Translations under genes and position numbers: made by a program
The notes under the pieces: model-generated
Told to the model about the DNA's origin: nothing
Database searches by the model: none
What the model saw: only the letters and a program-made list of their open reading frames with translations
Assembly (NCBI GenBank): GCA_049974095.1
Contig: JBMFJD010000002.1
Span: 43,508 to 75,507 of the forward strand
DNA: 32,000 bases
Direction: 5' to 3'
Source of the DNA: Nanopusillaceae archaeon
GTDB lineage: Archaea > Nanobdellota > Nanobdellia > Nanobdellales > Nanobdellaceae
In this document: positions 25,144 to 31,396 of the stretch, piece by piece
Layout: every line of letters begins with the position of its first letter
Numbering within the stretch: position 1 is the first letter of the stretch

Positions 25144-25980
25144 TTAGATTGGTTTTTCAAATATCCTATTATATATTTCTTTTAATTGCGTTGGTACCAC
25201 ATGAGTATATATTTGTGTAATTGCCAATGAACTATGTCCCAGCAATTCTTGTATATATCTAATATCAACACCCTTAGATAATAATATAGTAGCTAAAGAA
25301 TGTCTTAATACGTGTGGTGTAACTCTCTTGTTTATTCCAGCTTTTTTTGCAGTTTCTTTTATTATTCTTTCTACTTGTCTAGTTGATAATGGAAATAATG
25401 TATCTAAATTATTTTTTTCAATATATTCCTTTATTTCATTTAATAAATCATTTGGTACTGGTACTATCCTCTCTTTTCCACCTTTTCCATATACTTTTGC
25501 AAATCCTTCTTCAAATATTATATCATTTTTTCTAATTCTAACTAATTCAGATACTCTTACTCCGGTATAAAATAGAAATTTTATTATTAATTTATCTCTA
25601 TAATTATCTGCAGAATTTAATAGTTTTTGAAATTCCTCTAATGTTATAAATTTTGGTAATCTTTTATCAACTTTTGGTGCTTTAATTTGTTTTGCCAGTG
25701 TTTCATTATCTAAAAATTTTAAGAAAGAAGAGATGGCTCTAACATATAATCTCAAAGAATTTGGATCTAATTTTCTTTTTACTTTAATTTCTGCTAAGAA
25801 TTTAAATATAATATTTTTATCTAAATAAGAATTAAGATTTTTTTGACTAATATCATAAATTCCATTATTCATTAGAAATTCTAAGAATTTTTTAGTTATT
25901 AAAGAATATGTTTTAATTGTACTTTTTGATTTACCTTGTATTTCTAGCCATATTTTATATTCTTCTATAATTTCATCCAT
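25144..25980 (-). CDS. xerA: Tyrosine recombinase, XerA-like
   Basis: 278 aa. It has an N-terminal SAM-like domain (KSKSTIKTYSLITKKFLEFL) and the catalytic residues in TGVRVSELVRI, HVLRHSLAT and LGHSSLAITQIYTHV (R…H-x-x-R…H…Y). Confidence 0.85.
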   Translation of the reverse strand: MDEIIEEYKIWLEIQGKSKSTIKTYSLITKKFLEFLMNNGIYDISQKNLNSYLDKNIIFKFLAEIKVKRKLDPNSLRLYVRAISSFLKFLDNETLAKQIKAPKVDKRLPKFITLEEFQKLLNSADNYRDKLIIKFLFYTGVRVSELVRIRKNDIIFEEGFAKVYGKGGKERIVPVPNDLLNEIKEYIEKNNLDTLFPLSTRQVERIIKETAKKAGINKRVTPHVLRHSLATILLSKGVDIRYIQELLGHSSLAITQIYTHVVPTQLKEIYNRIFEKPI

Positions 25981-26040
25981 ATTTCAACAAGATACTTTGT
26001 TATATAAAAATTTTAGATTTTAAATAAATAATATATTTAT

Positions 26041-26091
26041 CCCTGCCTGTCATGCACTAGGGATAAGATGAACTAGTTCCTCCGGGCAGGG
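26041..26091 (+). ncRNA. GC-rich structured hairpin, possibly an H/ACA-like guide RNA hairpin
   Basis: CCCUGCCUG (26041..26049) pairs with CGGGCAGGG (26083..26091), giving 9 bp including one G-U. An inner ACUAG/CUAGU 5-bp stem flanks a loop containing GAUGA (K-loop-like). Asymmetric internal loops of 6 and 5 nt lie between the stems. The top of the 3' internal loop is 14 nt from the end of the lower stem, where AAGA follows (an ANA box shifted by one nt). It is about 50% G+C in a roughly 25% G+C background. Confidence 0.35.
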
Positions 26092-26097
26092 AAGAAA

Positions 26098-26146
26098 ATG
26101 ATGTAGTTGGCTTGAAACTGAAAAATGATGAATACGGCTACTCTGA
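26098..26146 (+). ncRNA. C/D box sRNA (2'-O-methylation guide)
   Basis: Layout: C box AUGAUGU 26098..26104, 13-nt spacer, D' box CUGA 26118..26121, 3-nt linker, C' box AUGAUGA 26125..26131, 11-nt spacer, D box CUGA 26143..26146, then a T6 run. This is the canonical archaeal C/D layout and size. The reverse strand has no such boxes. Confidence 0.6.
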
Positions 26147-26152
26147 TAAATC

Positions 26153-26158
26153 TTTTTT
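26153..26158 (+). terminator. Oligo-T tract downstream of the C/D sRNA
   Basis: TTTTTT begins 7 nt after the D box. Archaeal RNAP terminates at oligo-T, but T runs are common in this AT-rich DNA. Confidence 0.3.
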
Positions 26159-26159
26159 A

Positions 26160-26779
26160 TTAAATTTCTATTCCTAAATATTCTTCTAGTAGTTCTAATG
26201 CTTTATCTTCATATTTTTTATATTTTTCAGTATAAATATTAAAAATATCTATTAATAATTCTTTATTATACCCTGTTTTTTCTATTATATTTTTAATTTC
26301 TTTTATATCTTCAATATCCTTTTGTTCTCTTCTTCTTAAATATGTAAAAATTTTATCAACAATTAACCATTCAATTTTTGCAACATTTAGTTCAATATAT
26401 TTTCCATTTAATTTAATTTTTATTTTATTATATGGAACATCGTAATCTCTAAATAATATACTTACAGGTAGTTTATTTTTTTCTTCTATTTTAATTCCAT
26501 CATATCTAAACAATTTTCCCTTTGATATTTTTCCTTCCATTGGTTTTCTAAATAGAATACTTTCTAAGTCAGATTGATATTTATTATTTATTGTTAAATC
26601 TATATATCAAAAGTAGATCTATCTTGATAATATTTAGTATTGGATAAATATGAATATATTGCAACAGCAATTCCCCCTATTATAGAATAAGGATAATCAT
26701 CGAATATATCTGATATATCTTCAAGAGTCCTTACAGTGTTTTTGTCTAATAATTTATAGCTACTTACCTGTGGTGACAT
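26160..26779 (-). pseudogene. Nucleotidyltransferase-fold protein (AbiEii/DUF1814-like pattern) disrupted by a 2-nt frameshift
   Basis: The minus-strand ATG at 26779 gives MSPQVSSYKLLDKNTVRTLEDISDIFDDYPYSIIGGIAVAIYSYLSNTKYYQDRSTFDI, then TAG at 26602..26600. The frame of ORF 26160..26540 extends upstream as YIDLTINNKYQSDLESILFRKPMEGK… after a TGA. Removing one TA from the run tatatat (26601..26607) fuses them to …GGIAVAIY…DRSTFDIDLTI…, restoring a GG…R-x-T-x-D-I-D NTase motif in a roughly 205-aa protein. Confidence 0.6.
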
Positions 26780-26825
26780 TAATTAAATATGTATACTCTT
26801 ATTTATAAATCTTACTATTAAAAAA

Positions 26826-27683
26826 TTATAGGTTTGTTTTTTCTTTTAATTTATTTGCAGTAAGGAAAGATCTTTTTAATAATAATTTTGTATTCTCTTT
26901 TGTTGGAATTCCAGATTTTAGCGATAGTTTTATTATATTTTGATAAGTATTCATTAATAATAATTTTATATTCTCTTTTGTTGGGTATCCTATTTGTAAT
27001 GTTAATGCAAAAGCTTTTCTTATTCCAGATTTTAATTGTTCTATATATGTTTCCAATGGTACTGATAATATATCATATGTATATATTATCTTTCCATCAT
27101 ATACTGCAAGTAATTTTACTTTTACAGATATTGGTGTTATATTAAATTTCTGTAATAAGGATACTAGCCCTTCATCTACAGTCTGTCCTTTTTTTGCTAC
27201 AAAAGTATCTTCTGCAATTACAATTTTTCCTCCCTCTACTTTTGTCTTTATATTATATTTCTTTAATTCTGTTAATACAGGACCTGGCGTTAAATTTGTT
27301 GGTCCAGCTTTTATTATAACATCTTCTTCTAAAACATCTCCAACTCTTGCACTTTTATAACTTTTATTTTCTTCTAATATTTTATTTAATAGGAATGGGT
27401 TTATTTCTTCTTTTGGTAAAATTAACATTATAGTTATTCTTTTTTCTTTTTCTAATAAATTTATTATTTCTCTTATTTTTTCATCATTAAATCTTTCTAA
27501 TGTTTTTATCAATAAATTTTTCTTTACAGTTTTCATATAAAATCCCATACTTTTTAATTTTTTCCTTATTTCTTGTAAAGAACTTGTTGGAATATCCATT
27601 ACATTTGCAATTCCAATTATTTTGCTTTTTGATAAAATATCATATAGATCATTTACATAAATTATTTTTTGTTGAGAGACCAT
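26826..27683 (-). CDS. rpl10: Ribosomal stalk protein uL10 (P0), short form lacking the acidic C-terminal tail
   Basis: 285 aa. IIGIANVMDIPTSSLQEIRKKLKSMGFYMKTVKKNLLIKTLE is the uL10 N-domain. Two spine-helix repeats follow, GYPTKENIKLLL and GIPTKENTKLLL. The protein ends …KLKEKTNL with no acidic or GLxxLF tail. Confidence 0.88.
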   Translation of the reverse strand: MVSQQKIIYVNDLYDILSKSKIIGIANVMDIPTSSLQEIRKKLKSMGFYMKTVKKNLLIKTLERFNDEKIREIINLLEKEKRITIMLILPKEEINPFLLNKILEENKSYKSARVGDVLEEDVIIKAGPTNLTPGPVLTELKKYNIKTKVEGGKIVIAEDTFVAKKGQTVDEGLVSLLQKFNITPISVKVKLLAVYDGKIIYTYDILSVPLETYIEQLKSGIRKAFALTLQIGYPTKENIKLLLMNTYQNIIKLSLKSGIPTKENTKLLLKRSFLTANKLKEKTNL

Positions 27684-27684
27684 T

Positions 27685-28338
27685 TTATAATATTCTAATA
27701 GAATCGCTCATTGTTAGCTTTAAATATATACTCTTTATGCTATTTTTTCCTCCAGGTATTCTATTTAATAAGAAATCTACTAATGAATCTGCATTTTCTT
27801 TTATATCTTCATATTTCATATCTTCAGTTCCAATTGGTATTCCAAAGGTTCTATGACTTTTTACTACAATTCTTACATATCTTTGCATCTTTTCATATAA
27901 ATTCTTTAATCCTTCTTGGTTTATGCTATCTGGAAATATCATTCCATATTTTGGACTTGGCATTTTATTTTTTGTAGATAAATATTTACCTAAATATCTT
28001 CCAACATCTGCCATAACAGAAGCTTGTGCAATAAATATATAATATCTTCTTACAATCTTTTTTGCTTCTCTTTTCTTTTCACTCAATTCTTTTAAACTAT
28101 CCTTTACAATTACATAATCAAATATTTCTTTTGCAGGTTTTTCTAATTCAGGTCCTACAATTGCAGCAATTTTTATCTTTTTTTCTCTTCCTTTTGGTAA
28201 TTCAAAATATTCTACAAATTTATTTCCGCTTTTATTTAAATCATATTCTTTCTTTAAATTTACTATTAATTCAACAGTTTGTTTAAATCTTCTTTTCTTA
28301 GATTTTTCTATGAGAGATTGAATAGTTTTAACATCCAT
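27685..28338 (-). CDS. rpl1: Ribosomal protein uL1
   Basis: 217 aa. RRFKQTVELIVNLK…IFIAQASVMADVGRYLGKYLSTKNKMPSP matches uL1. TTTAAATA box (minus strand) at 28359..28366, 20 nt upstream of the ATG. Confidence 0.93.
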   Translation of the reverse strand: MDVKTIQSLIEKSKKRRFKQTVELIVNLKKEYDLNKSGNKFVEYFELPKGREKKIKIAAIVGPELEKPAKEIFDYVIVKDSLKELSEKKREAKKIVRRYYIFIAQASVMADVGRYLGKYLSTKNKMPSPKYGMIFPDSINQEGLKNLYEKMQRYVRIVVKSHRTFGIPIGTEDMKYEDIKENADSLVDFLLNRIPGGKNSIKSIYLKLTMSDSIRIL

Positions 28339-28373
28339 AGAAAGAAAAATTGCAAATATATTTAAAAACCTAA

Positions 28374-28526
28374 TTATTTTCTACTAATCATCTTAATTAT
28401 GTCCTGTAATGTATAATTTTTTGCGACATATTTCTTTATATAATATCTTAATATCAAATATAAAATAAGGATTATAAAAATTATTCCAGTTATAAGTCCT
28501 ATTAAAAAACTAATTAGATCAAGCAT
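28374..28526 (-). CDS. Possible 50-aa single-pass membrane peptide between rpl11 and rpl1
   Basis: Not in the ORF track because it is too short. Sequence: MLDLISFLIGLITGIIFIILILYLILRYYIKKYVAKNYTLQDIIKMISRK. The ATG overlaps the rpl11 stop (AATGCTTGA). It fills an otherwise unexplained 180-nt gap and leaves a 35-nt promoter-sized spacer before rpl1. A 50-codon open frame is non-trivial in DNA this AT-rich, but there is no homology evidence. Confidence 0.3.
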   Translation of the reverse strand: MLDLISFLIGLITGIIFIILILYLILRYYIKKYVAKNYTLQDIIKMISRK

Positions 28527-29007
28527 TACTTAATATATTATCATATTTTCCTTCATTTATTTCTTTTATTATTTCTTTTGGATTTTTACCATCTACAGTT
28601 AACCCTAAAGATAAAGCAGTACCAAGTACCATTTTTACTGCGGAGTTAAAATCTGTTGTATTAAAATCTTTCATTTTCATCTTTGTAACCTTAATTATTT
28701 GTTGAAAGGTTACATTTCCTAATATTTCTGTACCAGTAACTCTTTTTGCTACTTCAATTCCAGCTTCTTTTTTTAGTAATGAAGATGTAGGAGGTAGTCC
28801 TACCTCTATTTCATATTTTCTTGTTTCTGTATCAACAATTATTTTTACAGGAACTTGTAATCCTTTAAATTCCTTTGTTGCTTCATTTATTTTGCTAATT
28901 ACTTCCCCAATATTTAATTTCAGTTGACTTAATTTTGGTCCAATATTTGGTCCAGGTTTAGCATTACCTCCTTCTACAAGTAATTCAATTACCTCCTTTT
29001 TTCCCAT
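28519..29007 (-). CDS. rpl11: Ribosomal protein uL11
   Basis: 162 aa. IELLVEGGNAKPGPNIGPKLSQLKLNIGEVISKINEATKEFKGLQVPVKIIVD matches uL11. Confidence 0.95.
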   Translation of the reverse strand: MGKKEVIELLVEGGNAKPGPNIGPKLSQLKLNIGEVISKINEATKEFKGLQVPVKIIVDTETRKYEIEVGLPPTSSLLKKEAGIEVAKRVTGTEILGNVTFQQIIKVTKMKMKDFNTTDFNSAVKMVLGTALSLGLTVDGKNPKEIIKEINEGKYDNILSNA

Positions 29008-29018
29008 TTACATACAAA

Positions 29019-29038
29019 TTTTAAAATATATTTTAAAA
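29019..29038. promoter_or_regulatory. 20-bp perfect palindrome TTTTAAAATATATTTTAAAA; divergent rpl11/secE promoter core
   Basis: Self-complementary on inspection. Its centre (29028.5) equals the centre of the 42-bp spacer 29008..29049. Each TTTTAAAA half-site lies 23 nt from the start codon it faces away from across the centre. Confidence 0.5.
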
Positions 29039-29049
29039 ACTTAATATTA

Positions 29050-29235
29050 ATGGGTATATCTGATGAAATAAGAGAAATGAAAGAAATATACGAAACTGCT
29101 ACTAAACCAAAATGGGATGAAATTAAAAAATTACTTTATATAACATTATTGTTCTTTATATTAGTTGCAATAATATCTTTGCCCATATTTATAAGTTTAC
29201 AATATAGTATAATGGTATGCCAATATATACCATAG
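29050..29235 (+). CDS. secE: Protein translocase subunit SecE/Sec61-gamma
   Basis: 61 aa. ATKPKWDEIKKLLYITLLFFILVAIISLPIF has the typical amphipathic region plus a single TM. It lies directly upstream of spt5/nusG, as is conserved. Confidence 0.8.
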   Translation: MGISDEIREMKEIYETATKPKWDEIKKLLYITLLFFILVAIISLPIFISLQYSIMVCQYIP

Positions 29236-29654
29236 TTGTAACCTCTGGAAAAGAAGAATTAGTAGCAGATATATTGGCAAGTGAAGCAAAGAAGAGAAAT
29301 TTAGAAATATATTCAATATTACAAATACCCGGAATAAAGGGATATATATTTGTTGAAGCATTAAATTCTTTAGAAGTACAAAGAGCAATAATTGGAATAA
29401 GACATGCTAAGAGGGTTATGCCTCAAGAAATAAATATAGATGAATTACTAAAATACTTTGAAGAAGAGAAAGTTCAACTTAATATTGGAGATATAGTTGA
29501 GGTATTATCTGGAGCATTTAAAGGAACTAGAGGAAAAATATTAAATATAGATGAAAAGAAAAATGAAGCAACAATAGAATTAATTGATGTACCAGTACCT
29601 TTACAATTAAATATACCGGTAAATAATTTAAAATTAATAGAAAAATCTAAATAA
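29217..29654 (+). CDS. spt5: Transcription elongation factor Spt5/NusG
   Basis: 145 aa with an NGN domain (IYTIVVTSGKEELVADIL…GYIFVEA) and a KOW motif (GDIVEVLSGAFKGTRGKILNID). Confidence 0.9.
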   Translation: MPIYTIVVTSGKEELVADILASEAKKRNLEIYSILQIPGIKGYIFVEALNSLEVQRAIIGIRHAKRVMPQEINIDELLKYFEEEKVQLNIGDIVEVLSGAFKGTRGKILNIDEKKNEATIELIDVPVPLQLNIPVNNLKLIEKSK

Positions 29655-30720
29655 CTTCAATACCTAGCTCGTTCTCTAATTTCTTTTGTTCTTCTTGTTT
29701 TACTTCTTGAGTTCCAGATTTTATTCCTAATATAAATGATGGTATATTCTTTAATCTTGTAATTGTTAATGATACTCTAACATAATTCTTTTTATCTTCT
29801 TCAAATGTTATTCCTTGTATTATCTTTGCTTTAGGATCTAATACTGATTTTATTGTATCTAGAATCTTATTTATTTCTGCAGGTGTTACATCTGGAGAAG
29901 CTGAAACTCTAATTAATGCTGCTTTTGCTCCAGTTACATCTACATCAACTAATGGGTTATTTAATGCTCTTTGTGCAGCTTCTTGTGCTTTATTCTCAGA
30001 ATTTGATTCTCCAGTTCCAAATATTCCATATCCTGCTCCTGCGACTATTGATCTAAAATCTGCAAAGTCTACATTTATATATCCTGGTTTTGTTAATAAT
30101 TCTGTTAAATCTTTTAATGCATTTGCTAATAATGAATCTGCAACTTTAAATGCTTGTAATAATGGAATATTTGGATATAGTTGTTGTATTTTATCATTTG
30201 GTATTATTACTAATAAATCAACATTATTTTCTAATCTTTCTAATGAATATAAAGCATTATCCCATATATTTGCACCTTCTACTGAAAATGGCCATGTACA
30301 TATTGCAATAACCAATGTTCCTAATTTTTTAGCAATTTCAGCAATTATTGGAGCAGAACCTCCACCAGTTCCACCTCCAAGACCACAAGTTAAGAATATA
30401 ACATCAGATCCTTCTAGTGCTTTTTTAATTTCTTGTTCAGATTCTTTTGCAGCTTCTTCTCCAACTTTTGGATCCTTTCCTGCACCTAAACCTTTTGTTA
30501 ATTGTTTACCTACTAAAATTTTTTTATGAGCTTTTGTAATCAGTAAATGTCTTACATCTGTATTAACAGCAATCAATTCTGGACCCTCTATACCCATACC
30601 ATATAAAGTAGAAATAGTATTACTTCCACCCCCACCACATCCGATTACTTTTATTCTCTTTGTAGCTTGTGCTAGATACTCTTCTAACTCTTTATCAAAA
30701 ATCTCAACGTTATCTGCCAT
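29647..30720 (-). CDS. ftsZ: Cell division GTPase FtsZ
   Basis: 357 aa with IKVIGCGGGGSNTI, the tubulin signature GLGGGTGGGSAPIIA, and NVDFADFRS. Confidence 0.96.
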   Translation of the reverse strand: MADNVEIFDKELEEYLAQATKRIKVIGCGGGGSNTISTLYGMGIEGPELIAVNTDVRHLLITKAHKKILVGKQLTKGLGAGKDPKVGEEAAKESEQEIKKALEGSDVIFLTCGLGGGTGGGSAPIIAEIAKKLGTLVIAICTWPFSVEGANIWDNALYSLERLENNVDLLVIIPNDKIQQLYPNIPLLQAFKVADSLLANALKDLTELLTKPGYINVDFADFRSIVAGAGYGIFGTGESNSENKAQEAAQRALNNPLVDVDVTGAKAALIRVSASPDVTPAEINKILDTIKSVLDPKAKIIQGITFEEDKKNYVRVSLTITRLKNIPSFILGIKSGTQEVKQEEQKKLENELGIEVI

Positions 30721-30787
30721 TTAATTTTTATGAAAATAAATTTAATAAAATTATCTATTTTGGATAATCGATTTTGTATAATAATTG

Positions 30788-30795
30788 TTATAAAT
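30788..30795 (+). promoter_or_regulatory. TATA box (TTATAAAT) upstream of the FKBP gene
   Basis: The exact octamer lies 22 nt upstream of the ATG at 30818. Confidence 0.45.
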
Positions 30796-30817
30796 TTTAT
30801 CCATACTTTTCTTTTTT

Positions 30818-31396
30818 ATGGTAAAATGGATAGAAATTGAATATACAATATATGATGAAAATGGAAATTTATTGGAAAAAACAAACGAGCCTGTTATTTT
30901 ACCTTTAGGTTATGGAATATTAAATAAAGAAATAGAAGAAAAATTGGCATCATCAGAATATGGAAAAGAATATAATTTTTTATTAAAAAGACCTTTTGGA
31001 GAAAGAAATCCAGATTTAATAAAGATAATACCAATATCTGAATTTTATAAGAGAAATATAAATCCTATACCAGACCTTGTTGTAAATGTTGATGGAATGA
31101 TTGGAATAGTAAGATCTGTAAATAGTGGTAGAGTAATTGTTGATTTTAATCATCCATATGCTGGAAGAGACTTGTTATATGTAATAAAATTAAATAGAGA
31201 AGTTACAGATTTAAAGGAAAAGATTGTTGGAATATTAAGTATAATATATAATTTGTCAAAAAATAATTTTGAGGTGAATATTGATGAAAATAATAAAAAA
31301 ATTATAATAAATGTTAAAGACTTAAATCTTAGTAAGGAACAAAAAGAAATAATAAAAAAATTTATACCAGAAATAAAAGATTATAATATAGAATAG
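30818..31396 (+). CDS. FKBP-type peptidyl-prolyl cis-trans isomerase (SlyD-like, with insert-in-flap domain)
   Basis: 192 aa. IEIEYTIYDENGNLLEKT…PLGYGILNKEIEEKL…VDFNHPYAGRDLLYVIKL is the archaeal FKBP core. TTATAAAT box at 30788..30795, 22 nt upstream of the ATG. Confidence 0.85.
   Translation: MVKWIEIEYTIYDENGNLLEKTNEPVILPLGYGILNKEIEEKLASSEYGKEYNFLLKRPFGERNPDLIKIIPISEFYKRNINPIPDLVVNVDGMIGIVRSVNSGRVIVDFNHPYAGRDLLYVIKLNREVTDLKEKIVGILSIIYNLSKNNFEVNIDENNKKIIINVKDLNLSKEQKEIIKKFIPEIKDYNIE

Noticed and set aside
26041-26091. The GC-rich hairpin as half of a split tRNA gene, as in Nanoarchaeum equitans.
   Set aside because: It has no T-loop (GTTCRANY), no D-arm or anticodon-arm geometry, and no acceptor-like end. 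The two nested stems fit a guide-RNA hairpin better.
26878-26990. Two 35-nt segments with 31/35 identity, 78 nt apart (26878..26912 and 26956..26990), which could be a tandem repeat or recombination scar.
   Set aside because: They encode the GYPTKENIKLLL and GIPTKENTKLLL spine helices of P0. Repeated P1-dimer binding helices are a known feature of archaeal P0, so this is ordinary intragenic repeat structure. It is mentioned only under the P0 finding.
367-29388. Other short ORFs from the track: 367..558-, 685..936-, 2042..2230+, 3708..4004+, 5842..6033+, 7812..8003+, 12653..12859+, 15871..16083-, 25328..25570+, 26888..27145+, 27500..27856+, 27711..27977+, 28062..28286+ and 29197..29388-.
   Set aside because: Each is embedded antisense to, or out of frame within, a longer ORF that has clear homology or consistent operon context. 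Their products are Leu/Phe/Ile/Tyr-rich strings of the kind expected from the complement of AT-rich coding DNA.
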